This document shows positions 31,083 through 40,510 of a stretch of 64,000 nucleotides of DNA, piece by piece. Position 1 is the first letter of the stretch. Each line of letters starts with the position of its first letter. The position numbers were made by a program, and so were the translations under genes. The stretch is from Longimicrobiales bacterium (GTDB lineage: Bacteria; Gemmatimonadota; Gemmatimonadetes; Longimicrobiales; Gaopeijiaceae): positions 128,001 through 192,000 of the forward strand of contig CBDCNQ010000005.1 of assembly GCA_965219445.1 (NCBI GenBank), written 5' to 3'. Under the pieces are notes generated by a model. That model was not told the DNA's origin. It ran no database searches and was given only the letters and a program-made list of their open reading frames with translations.

Positions 31083-32185
31083 AGATCCTATTCGCTATAA
31101 AGTCGTTCAACAGGCTGGGGGGCGGTGCAGAGCGCGTGTTGGCCGACGTTAGCAGCGGCTTGGCGGACCGAGGTCATCAGGTCTGGGTAATGACGTATGA
31201 CGCCGAGGACGGAGGATCCTTCTATCCATTGAGTGAGTCCATTACGCGACTCAATCTGGGAATTGGCAGCCCAGAAAAGTCCGCCAAAGTCAAGCAGACT
31301 CTCGTCCGCATGCTCGCGTTGCGCCGCAGTACTGTGCAGATCGATCCGGACATCGTGGTCGGTTTCATGCACAGCGTGTTCATCCCACTTGGATTGGCTC
31401 TCTCCGGCACGAAGTTCCCAGTTATCGCCAGCGAGCATATCGGTGCCGAGTACTATCGGAGTCGTCCGTTCCAACACTTCCTTCTTCAACTCACGCCGTA
31501 TCTCACGAACCGTACCACCGTCATTTCGGAGAAGGTGAGAGAGGGGTATAACGCCCATCTAAGGAAACAGATGGTCGTTATCCCGAACCCGGTCAGCGTG
31601 CCACCTACGAATAAGGACGCCTCCTCGAAACCAGACCGCACGCGGAAGGTGCTCTTGGCCGTTGGGAGGTTTGAGCCACAAAAGGACCACAAGGTCTTGT
31701 TGGAGGCCTTTGGACTGGTCGCAGTTGACTTCCCTGAGTGGAACCTCCGAATCGTTGGAGACGGCGAACTACGTCCTCGACTCGAGGCTCAGGCAAGAGA
31801 ACTCGGACTACAAGAACGCATTCAGCTCCCGGGCGTAACGAAAGAGATTGGAAGGGAATACGCCGGCGCCGACCTATTCGTCATGCCGTCACTCTATGAG
31901 AGCTTTGGACTCGCAACGGCTGAAGCCCTGACTCATGGCTTGCCGGCCATAGGTTTCGCGGATTGCCCGGGAACCAACGAACTGATCATCCATGATCGAA
32001 ACGGCATTCTGGTGCAGGGTCCCGAACGGGCGGTTGCTTTGGCAGACGGTTTGCGTCGTGCGATGAGCTCACCTGAGTTGCGGAAACGTCTCGGAGCTCA
32101 AGGCCCGGACTCCATGTCCATTTATTCTAGGCAGAGAATCTGCGACAAGTGGGAGGGACTGCTCGAGAAGTGGCGTCGAGCTTAG
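31079..32185 (+). CDS. GT4 family glycosyltransferase
   Basis: GGAERV, VIPNP, VGRFEPQK, IVGDGE, PSLYESFGLATAEA (EX7E). Confidence 0.93.
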   Translation: MKILFAIKSFNRLGGGAERVLADVSSGLADRGHQVWVMTYDAEDGGSFYPLSESITRLNLGIGSPEKSAKVKQTLVRMLALRRSTVQIDPDIVVGFMHSVFIPLGLALSGTKFPVIASEHIGAEYYRSRPFQHFLLQLTPYLTNRTTVISEKVREGYNAHLRKQMVVIPNPVSVPPTNKDASSKPDRTRKVLLAVGRFEPQKDHKVLLEAFGLVAVDFPEWNLRIVGDGELRPRLEAQARELGLQERIQLPGVTKEIGREYAGADLFVMPSLYESFGLATAEALTHGLPAIGFADCPGTNELIIHDRNGILVQGPERAVALADGLRRAMSSPELRKRLGAQGPDSMSIYSRQRICDKWEGLLEKWRRA

Positions 32186-32279
32186 CCGCGAAGGCTCAGA
32201 GTATGGTCTCAGCGTGGCGGACCTTCCACCGTCATCGCGGATCCCGCCGACCCCGGGCAGAAGTTGGGAATGGGAACCT

Positions 32280-32646
32280 TTGATAAGTGAGGCCTGCCGC
32301 CTCGACGATCTGGCGTAGATGAAGAAGACCGAGGCGTCGGCCAGGGCGATGAGGTTGGGGATCTCCTGGTAGGTCGTCGCCACGATGGAAATGGCCGACG
32401 GATCGACCTCGGCGTCGAGGGCGGGCGAACGAGGGCAGGGTCGTCCCGGGTCACGATGAGGAATCGAGCGCCCTGATCCTCACGCCGAATGACGGCGAAG
32501 AACTGCATCATCTCCCTCAGCATGTACCGCGTCCCGAGAGAGCCCACGTAAGTGAGTACGAACGTGTCGCTATCGAGCCCCAACCCCTGGCGATACCGCG
32601 ACACGACCTCTCGGTCGACGGCCTGACCCGGGAATTCCGGCCTCAT
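32280..32646 (-). pseudogene. Frameshifted internal fragment of a glycosyltransferase (boundaries approximate)
   Basis: YVGSLGTRYMLREMMQFF..RFLIVTRDD, then after a shift near 32420 TYQEIPNLIALADASVFFI; no N- or C-terminus. Confidence 0.6.
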
Positions 32647-32722
32647 CGAGGCTTCGGCCCCGGATGGAAAACCGGGCCGAGCCCGATGCTTCCAGGTCCA
32701 CCCGCGCGTGTTCGGCTAACGA

Positions 32723-32784
32723 ACTCTAGCGGAACCTGGGAGCCGGCCGCGGTTCGCGCAACGACTCCGGGGCGGTACCAGCAC
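32723..32784 (+). repeat. 62-bp direct repeat, copy 1
   Basis: 55/62 identical, ungapped, to 34952-35013. Confidence 0.9.
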
Positions 32785-32913
32785 CGGGGGCCCGCGTGAC
32801 CCCAACTTGCTCGCCCGATGGTCCTGACCTACGGTTGGCGTGCCGAACTAGGCGGGCAGGATCCCAAGTCCTGGCTCGACCGTACGACCACCGCTCGCCA
32901 CCAGGCGGCATCC

Positions 32914-33921
32914 ATGACGCACGACCCGACCTCTGAGGTCCCCATCATCGATGTGGCCCCCCTCGTGACCGACGCCGGTGACCAGGAGGCGGTGGCGGCC
33001 GCCATCGGGCGGGCCTGTAGAGAATGCGGCTTCTTCTATGTGATCGGCCACGGCGTCAGCGAAGACCTGGACCGGCGGCTCGAGGAGCTCAGCCATAGAT
33101 TCTTCGCACAGGACGTTGGGACGAAGCTCGAGATCCGGATGGCCCTCGCGGGCAAGGCATGGAGAGGCTACTTCCCGGTGGGCGGCGAGCTCACCTCGGG
33201 AAAACCCGACGTCAAGGAGGGACTCTACTTCGGGTTGGAGCTGAGTGAGGACGATCCTCGTGTGCGGGCGGGCCTCCCCTTACACGGGTCGAACCTGTTT
33301 CCCGCGGGGATTCCGGGCTTCGGCGACACGATCCTGCAGTACATGGCGGCGTTGACGGATCTGGGCCATGCGCTCATGAGGGGCCTGGCCCTGAGCTTGG
33401 GCCTGGAGCCGGGCTATTTTCGGGAGCGGCTTATGGCGGACCCGCTCACACTGTTTCGCATCTTCCACTACCCGCCGGTCACACCGAAACCTGAGGCAGA
33501 TGAGTGGGGCGTCGGTGAGCACACCGATTATGGGGTGCTCACGATCCTGAAGCAGGACGACGTGGGCGGGCTCCAGGTCAGGACACGGTCACGGTGGATC
33601 GACGCTCCTCCTCTGCCCAACTCGTTCGTGTGCAACATCGGCGACATGCTCGACCGACTGACCCGCGGGCTCTACCGGTCCACGCCACACCGGGTACGAA
33701 ACGTATCTGGGCGAAGCCGGCTTTCGTTCCCATTCTTCTTCGACCCTGGTTTCGACGCGCGCGTCGAGGCCATCGATCTGAGTGGCGTGCGCCTTCCGGA
33801 GGACGACAAGCGGGGGCGCTGGGACCATGCCAGCGTGCACGAGTTCGAGGGCACCTACGGGGACTACATCCTGGGCAAGGTCTCGAAAGTCTTTCCCGAG
33901 CTCCGGCGGAGTGTGTTGTAG
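32914..33921 (+). CDS. Isopenicillin N synthase-like 2OG-Fe(II) oxygenase
   Basis: VPIIDV, GFFYVIGHGV, HTDYG (HxD), PHRV, RLS (RxS). Confidence 0.92.
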   Translation: MTHDPTSEVPIIDVAPLVTDAGDQEAVAAAIGRACRECGFFYVIGHGVSEDLDRRLEELSHRFFAQDVGTKLEIRMALAGKAWRGYFPVGGELTSGKPDVKEGLYFGLELSEDDPRVRAGLPLHGSNLFPAGIPGFGDTILQYMAALTDLGHALMRGLALSLGLEPGYFRERLMADPLTLFRIFHYPPVTPKPEADEWGVGEHTDYGVLTILKQDDVGGLQVRTRSRWIDAPPLPNSFVCNIGDMLDRLTRGLYRSTPHRVRNVSGRSRLSFPFFFDPGFDARVEAIDLSGVRLPEDDKRGRWDHASVHEFEGTYGDYILGKVSKVFPELRRSVL

Positions 33922-33930
33922 ACGTTCCCC

Positions 33931-34884
33931 TCAGAACCCCCTGACCAGCTCCCGCATCCGGCGCTTCGTAGCCTCGTCCGGAAGACGTCCGAACCCCGCA
34001 AGGATGTTCTCCTCCATGTGCTCGGGATTCGTGGTCTCCGCCAGAACACAGGTGACGGCCGGATTTGCGATCACATACTTGAGCGAGAACTGCGCCCAGG
34101 TCTCGCAGTCGAATTCCGCGGCCCAGGCAGGGAGCTCCTTGCCCGCGACCATCCCGAAGAATGAGCCGTTCATGAACGGCCGATTGATCAGGACTCCCAT
34201 GCCGAGGTCTCGCGCGAGGGGCAAGAGGCGCTCCTCGGCCCCACTTTCCATGGGCGAGTAATTCACGTGCACGAAATCAGGCGAGTTCGCCCTCATGAAT
34301 GCCTCCAGCGGCCCGTGATTGCTGTTGGCGGAGACCGTCACGCCGATGTAGCGCGCCTCCCCCGAGTCCTTCCACGTCCTGAGGTTGGGCCAATGCACGT
34401 CCACGCCACGCAGACTCTCGACTTGGAGCAGATCCACGGTTCGGCGCCCGAAGAGCCGTTGGGTTTGGCGCCACTGATCGATGCCGTCCTGTTCACCATT
34501 GGTGGTGTTGATCTTGGCCGTGAGAAAGAGCCGGTCCCTCAACTCGGGATGCTGAAGCACGCGACCGAACTCGCGATCGATATCCTCCGTCCGAGGCGAC
34601 GTATCGACCACGCGGCCCCCATATTCGAGCAGGGTCCGGATAACGCTCGAGATGGGCTCCGTTCCCTCGGTCGGGCTCTCGAGCACGGACTTCGAGGATC
34701 CGAATCCGACCACGGGAAGGGCCTCTGCTGTACCCGGGATCGTTCTGGTTCGGAGACGCTCTTGAGCGAGGACGCGACCGGGGCCTGAGAGCAGCGTGCC
34801 CAACCCCAGCGCTTGAACCAAGAATTCGCGTCGATTCGACGTCGAGCGGCTCGGCTCAGGTGTTGGATCGAAAGTTGAGTTCAT
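33931..34884 (-). CDS. Tat-exported aldo/keto reductase
   Basis: NRREFL twin-arginine signal; VDTSP, DLLQV, ARYIGVT, NRPF, WAQFSLKY. Confidence 0.85.
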   Translation of the reverse strand: MNSTFDPTPEPSRSTSNRREFLVQALGLGTLLSGPGRVLAQERLRTRTIPGTAEALPVVGFGSSKSVLESPTEGTEPISSVIRTLLEYGGRVVDTSPRTEDIDREFGRVLQHPELRDRLFLTAKINTTNGEQDGIDQWRQTQRLFGRRTVDLLQVESLRGVDVHWPNLRTWKDSGEARYIGVTVSANSNHGPLEAFMRANSPDFVHVNYSPMESGAEERLLPLARDLGMGVLINRPFMNGSFFGMVAGKELPAWAAEFDCETWAQFSLKYVIANPAVTCVLAETTNPEHMEENILAGFGRLPDEATKRRMRELVRGF

Positions 34885-34951
34885 GACGAATCTCCACTTG
34901 TCAGGGCACCGCTTCGGTCCCCTCGGTTCTTAGCCGAACCTCTGACTCGGG

Positions 34952-35013
34952 ACTCCAGCGGAACCTGGGAGCCCGCCGCGCTTCGCGCAACGACTCCGAA
35001 GCCGTACCAGTAC
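34952..35013 (+). repeat. 62-bp direct repeat, copy 2
   Basis: 55/62 identical to 32723-32784. Confidence 0.9.
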
Positions 35014-35028
35014 GGCGCCCGAGCACCC

Positions 35029-36231
35029 CTATCGACTGCCTTTGGCTTCACGCACGATCCCGTTGGCCGTCAGCCCGGCGACTTGGTCATCCTCGTAACC
35101 CAACTCCGAAAGGATCTCTCGTGTATGCTCACCAGCCCGGGGCGGTATCCGGGTAGTCACCGGGCGATCACCATCCCAGCGGACCGGTAATGCAGTGTCC
35201 CGGTAGTCGGGTATTTCGGGGTGGTCCACGTGAGGGAGCATGCCGGAGGCCTCGACCTGTGCATCCTTTACGACGTCGGCCATGTCTTGAATGGGGGAGC
35301 ACGGGACGGAGTGGTCCCCTAAAAGCTTCCACAGGTCTCCGGTCGTGTGTGTGCGGGTTGCTTCGGCGAGGAGATCGAAAAGCTCGTCCCGGTGCACGAC
35401 CCTTGCCGGATTGGATGTAAACCGGGGGTCCATCGGCAGCTCCAGCAGCCCCAGCCCTTCGCAAAGCCGCTGAAACGTCGCGTCGTTCCCGGCGGCGATC
35501 ACCAGTGCTCCATCCGAGGTCGGAAAGGCCCGGTAGGGAGAGATCATCGGGAAACCCGAACCCATGGGTTCCGGCACTTCCCCCGTGGCGATATGGGTCG
35601 TGAGGTGGTAGGACACCCACCCGAGAGCCGTGTCGAGCAATGACGTGGTCACATGGGACCCCTCCCCGGTAACAGTTCGCTTGTGCAATGCGGACAGTAC
35701 TCCAATGGCCCCTCACATCCCCGTACCGAAATCCACCACCGAGGCCCCCACCCGCGCAGGGGCGTCCGCATGGTGTCCGGTGACCGACATGAGGCCGCTA
35801 TACGCCTGCATGAGCGGGTCGTATCCCGGCTGATCCTTGAGCGGACCCGTGGGGCCGTAAGCCATGACCGAAACGTAGATGACATCAGGACGGCGTTTAC
35901 GCACGGCCTCGTAGTCGAAGCCGAGCCGTTCGATGACGCCCGATCGGGACGCTTGCACAAAGACGTCCGCCTCTCCGATCAATCTCCAGAGGATGTCCTT
36001 TCCTTCCTCCGACTTGAGATCGATCTGAATGCTTCGTTTGCCTCGGTTCACCGACAGGAAGAGGGGACTGTGTCCACCCCAGAGCGGGGGCTTCCAGGCG
36101 CGTGCGGAATCCCCTGTCGGTGGCTCCACCTTGGTTACGTCCGCCCCGAGGTCGGCCAGGATCTGGGTGCAATAAGGGCCGGCAAGGTTCTGGCTTACGT
36201 CCACAACGCGTAGGCCCTTCAAGTGATCCAT
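35029..36231 (-). pseudogene. CaiB/BaiF family III CoA-transferase with one in-frame TGA
   Basis: LKGLRVVD..AGPYCTQILADLGADV.KVE, NRGKRS, GYD; TGA at 35713-35715 in DFGTGM*GAIG; both halves share one frame (401 codons). Confidence 0.88.
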
Positions 36232-37373
36232 TACGTCCCCCCCAACTCCTTGGCTGGAAGGCTGGCCGATCCTGCCGTTTTGCGATTCCTTCGTCGGAAC
36301 GGCGGGATACCACCCTCGGCGAGCCACTTCGCGGGCGTCGCAGTTCGCTTCAGCTCCTTGGGGCGAAGCTCGAACCACCGAGCCACGAGCAGGATCTCGG
36401 CGGCCTCGTGGGGCTCCAACGCGGCAGGGCCCTGTTCGGGCGCTCGGTAGACGGACTCGACCGCTTTGTCGATCTCCCGCCGCTCGCTTTCGCTCGTGGG
36501 GTATGGGAACTCCTGACGAAGGCGTCCTCTGCGGATGAGGTAGAGGCGGCTATCACCGGCGAATCCGGGCACACGGTAGAGAAACGTGAGACTTTCGATG
36601 CGTCCCCGGAATGCCGCGAGATGCTCCTGGAAATTCTCGAGGCGCTCGATCCGGTCCCGAAGCTGTGCCGCATACTCGAAGTCGAGGCGGGCCACGGCGC
36701 TTTGCATGCGGTTCTCGAGTGCGGCGAGTGGTGCGCGAGTGCGACCCTCCAGAAACCGCCTCGCTGTCGCCACTTTTTTCTGGTAAGCCTCCCCGCTCAC
36801 TCCCCCGGAGCATGGTGCCAAGCAGGTGCCCAACTCGGCTCTCATGCAGAGGGGCGTCCGTCCCTCACCGAAAATTTCTAGCTGATCGTCGAAAAACATG
36901 GGCGTGGACCCCGGGCAATCCCTGAGGCCCACGACATGAGCCAACTCCCGGACCGTGGCGCCTACCTTACCCACCGCCGGAAAGGGTCCGAAGTAGAGGG
37001 AGCCGTCGGGAACGGCGCGTGTGACGGGCAGGATGCGTGGTGCGATTTCCCGCGTGAGTTTCACGAAGGCATACATCCGCTTCCGCCTGTGCTGCACGTC
37101 GAAGCGGGGCTGACAACGTTGAATGAGCTTCATCTCACGGACCAAAGTCGAAAACTCGTTCGGGATGTATTCCCACTGGATTCGGCCGGTTTCACGGATC
37201 AGCTTGGTCGCCTTCTCTCCTGGCGGAGCCCGGAAATAGGAGAGGAGGCGAGTACGCACCCGGATCGACTTTCCCACGTACAGAGGGTCTCCGTCGGCGC
37301 CCAGCATCTGATAGACGCCCGGACGGTTTTCAGCATGAGTCCGTACGTATTCGCGGAGGGCAGACGTGGACAC
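36231..37373 (-). CDS. UvrC N-terminal-like (Cho-like) GIY-YIG nuclease with Cys cluster and UVR domain
   Basis: PGVYQM..LYVGKS..R.RLLSY; LRDC..C..C.APC; LDFEYAAQLRD; no RNase H or HhH domains. Confidence 0.85.
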   Translation of the reverse strand: MSTSALREYVRTHAENRPGVYQMLGADGDPLYVGKSIRVRTRLLSYFRAPPGEKATKLIRETGRIQWEYIPNEFSTLVREMKLIQRCQPRFDVQHRRKRMYAFVKLTREIAPRILPVTRAVPDGSLYFGPFPAVGKVGATVRELAHVVGLRDCPGSTPMFFDDQLEIFGEGRTPLCMRAELGTCLAPCSGGVSGEAYQKKVATARRFLEGRTRAPLAALENRMQSAVARLDFEYAAQLRDRIERLENFQEHLAAFRGRIESLTFLYRVPGFAGDSRLYLIRRGRLRQEFPYPTSESERREIDKAVESVYRAPEQGPAALEPHEAAEILLVARWFELRPKELKRTATPAKWLAEGGIPPFRRRNRKTAGSASLPAKELGGT

Positions 37374-37506
37374 GGGCGCTTGAAAGATCTATGTGGGGGT
37401 GGCGTGAGGCCGTCTATTCGACTTTCGTTTTTCGTTCGGTAAGTATAGAGCGTGCCGGCGCAAAGGGCCATTGCCTCGGCCAGGCGGCATCCGCTAACGT
37501 CCGCCC

Positions 37507-38799
37507 ATGTCGCCCTACAGTGAGGAGCGGGTCATCCGTGATCCGCTTTGGAACACCATTCGGCTCGACCCTACGGCGGTTCGGATCATCGATACTGCGG
37601 CGTTCCAGCGGCAGCGCTACATTAAGCAGCTCGGATTCGCGCACCTTGTCTATCCCGGTGCGACCCACACCCGATTCGACCACGCTGTCGGTGTGTATCA
37701 CCTGACAGTGACTGCACTCCGTCACCTCAGGGAGTGTGGCGGAATCCGGGAAGAGCTATGGGAAGAGGCTCTGCTCGTTCCGTATGCGGCCCTTCTCCAT
37801 GACATCGGGCACTACGCCTTCTCGCACAGTCTCGAGGAGCTCGGGTCCGATATGCTCCCCGGTGACCACGAAGCGGTGAGCGCCCGCTTCTTTTCCTCGC
37901 CAGAGCTGCAGGAAGCTCTTTCGACGTTGGGCGAGCATGCAGGGCAAAAGATCCACGCGCTGATCCAGGGCCGCAGTGATAACCCCTTCGAGGGGCTGGT
38001 GGCCGGAAGCCTCGACCTGGACAAGATGGAATACCTGCGGCGCGATGCGCGGTTCTGCGGAGTTCCCTATGGGGAGGTGGACGTGGATCGCCTGCTCCAG
38101 GGGTTGGCCATCCTTACGGATCCCGAGACAGGCGCGTCCGAAGTGGGCGTGTACGAAAAGGCCGTCAGTGCCCTCGAGTCGCTTCTCTTTGCAAAGTACC
38201 AGATGTTCAGGAACGTGTACTGGCACCACGGGGTCCGTGCCGCTGCAGCTCTTTACAAGCGGATTATCAACGAGGCTGTGGGGGCGGAGATCCTCGACGC
38301 GGAAGAGCTCGTCGGCCCCACCGATGAAGAGTTGCTTTACGAGACGTCACGGCGGGCCCAGGCATCGGATACGGAGGTTGGAGAGCGGCTGGCCACCAGA
38401 TGGCTTCCCGCGCTCAGAGCCCGGAGGCTTCCGAAGCGTGCGCTGGAGGTGACAGCGGCGGAGTTGGGAGACCGGGTCGTGGAGGACTGGGCGCTCTCTG
38501 AGACTTCCTTGAAGCGGGGCGTCGAGGACAGTCTGGCCCATGAAGTCGGCCTCGAGCCGGGCGAGGTGTTTATCGACTTCCCGGCTAAACGTGCCATGTT
38601 CGAGCTAAACCTGTTGGTGGAGCGGCGAACGGGCCAGGTAGAGCGCCTGGGTCCCGGCGGCCTCACGGGACTCATCGACCTTCCGCGCCTGGCCGAGGGG
38701 CTTTACACGACGACAAGGGTTCTGCGGGTCTTCACCTTCGAGCGGCGGACGCTAGATCGGGATCGCGTGTTGGAGCGGATCACGCGGCCGGCGGGGTGA
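37507..38799 (+). CDS. HD-domain phosphohydrolase, SAMHD1/YwfO-like dNTPase family
   Basis: IRDPLW, FQR.RYIKQLG, YPGATHTRFDH, LLHDIGH, DKMEYL.RD, VYWHH. Confidence 0.88.
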   Translation: MSPYSEERVIRDPLWNTIRLDPTAVRIIDTAAFQRQRYIKQLGFAHLVYPGATHTRFDHAVGVYHLTVTALRHLRECGGIREELWEEALLVPYAALLHDIGHYAFSHSLEELGSDMLPGDHEAVSARFFSSPELQEALSTLGEHAGQKIHALIQGRSDNPFEGLVAGSLDLDKMEYLRRDARFCGVPYGEVDVDRLLQGLAILTDPETGASEVGVYEKAVSALESLLFAKYQMFRNVYWHHGVRAAAALYKRIINEAVGAEILDAEELVGPTDEELLYETSRRAQASDTEVGERLATRWLPALRARRLPKRALEVTAAELGDRVVEDWALSETSLKRGVEDSLAHEVGLEPGEVFIDFPAKRAMFELNLLVERRTGQVERLGPGGLTGLIDLPRLAEGLYTTTRVLRVFTFERRTLDRDRVLERITRPAG

Positions 38800-38812
38800 C
38801 CTGCCTTCTGCC

Positions 38813-39133
38813 TCACCCGCCTGCGATGGCACCGACCACGCGCAGCGCGTCGGTCCCGGAACTCACGGCATCGGGGAGCCGAACGTCCGGCGAGTCGTGC
38901 GAGAGGTCGCGGCCACAAGCGAAGAAGCGGATGAACGCGCGTCGTCGATCCGTTCCGTGATCGCGGATCGTGCCCCGTAGCATCGGGTAGCGGGACTCCA
39001 GAGCGTCCAGCACCGTGGTGACCGTCGGCGGGTCTGCGACTTCGATCTCCAACTCGCCCTCGACCTTTGCAAGCGTCCGCAGATGCGCCGACAGGGCGAC
39101 CCTGACCGTCGTCACGGGATCGTCGGGAGTCAC
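38813..39133 (-). CDS. MoaD/ThiS-family ubiquitin-like protein (alternative start 39115)
   Basis: Beta-grasp pattern, C-terminal GAIAGG; GTG overlaps upstream TGA. Confidence 0.88.
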   Translation of the reverse strand: MTPDDPVTTVRVALSAHLRTLAKVEGELEIEVADPPTVTTVLDALESRYPMLRGTIRDHGTDRRRAFIRFFACGRDLSHDSPDVRLPDAVSSGTDALRVVGAIAGG

Positions 39134-40248
39134 GGGATCGTCTGGACCTCCACCGACGACACTCTGGGCAGGTGCTCCGCGATAGCCTCCCAGGTGTCGC
39201 CGGCGTCCGCGGACGCGTAAACCTGTCCCCCGGTCGTGCCGAAGTAGATGCCGCACGAGTCGAGCGAATCCACCGCCATGGCGTCGCGCAGGACGTCCAC
39301 GTAGCAGTCCCGTTGCGGCAGGCCCTTGGTGAGCGCCTCCCACTCGTTGCCCCCCGAGCGACTTCGGAACACGCGCAGCTTTCCCTCCGGTGGATAGTGC
39401 TCGGTGTCGCTGAGGATCGGGACCACGAAGATCGTGTCGGGCTCGTGAGTGTGAACGGCGATCGGAAAACCGAAGTCGGACGGCAGGTTGCCGCTCACCT
39501 CAGTCCATGATTCCCCAGCGTCGTCGGTACGACAGACGTCCCAGTGCTTCTGCATGAAAACGGTGTCGGGACGAGACGGGTGCATGGCGAGCTTGTGGAC
39601 GCAGTGGCCGATCGGGGCCTCCGGCTCGGGAAGGAAGGATGGCGAACTCAGTCCTCTCGTTGCCACGTCCCACGACGCTCCGGCGTCATCGCTACGGAAG
39701 GCTCCGGCTGCCGATATCGCCACGTACATCCGCTGGTCGTTCGCGGGGTCGATGAGGATCGTATGGAGACACATGCCGCCGGCCCCGGGCATCCAATCCT
39801 GCCCCGTCGAATGCGTTCTCAAGCCCGCGAGTTCGGTCCACGTTTGGCCGCCGTCACTCGAGCGGAAAAGCGCGGCATCCTCGACGCCTGCGTAAACCGT
39901 GTCCGGATCGAAAGGCGAGGGCGCCAAGTGCCAGACCCGCTTGAACTCCCACGGGTGCGGAGTGCCATCGTACCACTGGTGTGTGCCGGTGACACCCTCG
40001 TAGGCGAACTCGTTGCCAACGGCCTCCCATGACTTTCCACCGTCGTCGGATCGCTGTAGTACCTGACCGTGCCAGTCCGTCCACTGGGAGGCGTAGAGTC
40101 GATCGGCGTCGGCGGGCGACCCCTGAACGTGCATGACCTCCCATCCCCCGAAGTGCGGGCCCTCGATCTTCCAGTCACGACGAGCCCCATCGGAAGTAAT
40201 CACGAATGCGCCCTTTCGTGTCCCCACCAGGACCCGAATCTCGGCCAT
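39130..40248 (-). CDS. BNR/Asp-box beta-propeller protein (sialidase-like fold), no signal peptide
   Basis: [10 protein letters not shown]; six SxDxGxxW-like boxes; GGAGG RBS before ATG 40248. Confidence 0.85.
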   Translation of the reverse strand: MAEIRVLVGTRKGAFVITSDGARRDWKIEGPHFGGWEVMHVQGSPADADRLYASQWTDWHGQVLQRSDDGGKSWEAVGNEFAYEGVTGTHQWYDGTPHPWEFKRVWHLAPSPFDPDTVYAGVEDAALFRSSDGGQTWTELAGLRTHSTGQDWMPGAGGMCLHTILIDPANDQRMYVAISAAGAFRSDDAGASWDVATRGLSSPSFLPEPEAPIGHCVHKLAMHPSRPDTVFMQKHWDVCRTDDAGESWTEVSGNLPSDFGFPIAVHTHEPDTIFVVPILSDTEHYPPEGKLRVFRSRSGGNEWEALTKGLPQRDCYVDVLRDAMAVDSLDSCGIYFGTTGGQVYASADAGDTWEAIAEHLPRVSSVEVQTIP

Positions 40249-40510
40249 TCCACCTCCCCAGGTGAGCCTCCGCAAGACCATCATGCCAGGGCTTAACATA
40301 GGGCCGTCCTGGAGAGCGGGACACCGCGAAAAGATAGGCGGACCAAGAGCCCTTTCACCTCGTTGCTAGACGAACCCGCGAAGCTTACTGTCCCGGACCG
40401 GCGGGTTTCGGGATGGCCTGTAAGGAGCATCCTGCTGAGCAACAGAGGGGAGGCGTGTAGTCCGACCACGTCCGTCCGTGTACCCACAAACGAATAGGAG
40501 CCCGAACGCC

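Noticed and set aside
32710..35013. Integron attC sites or CRISPR repeats
   Set aside because: Only two copies, no matching GTTRRRY end with long palindrome, no integrase or cas genes
35713..35715. TGA recoding as Trp or selenocysteine
   Set aside because: TGA ends many normal genes here (cspA, ppdK, trpE); the expected residue is not Cys and I recognised no SECIS
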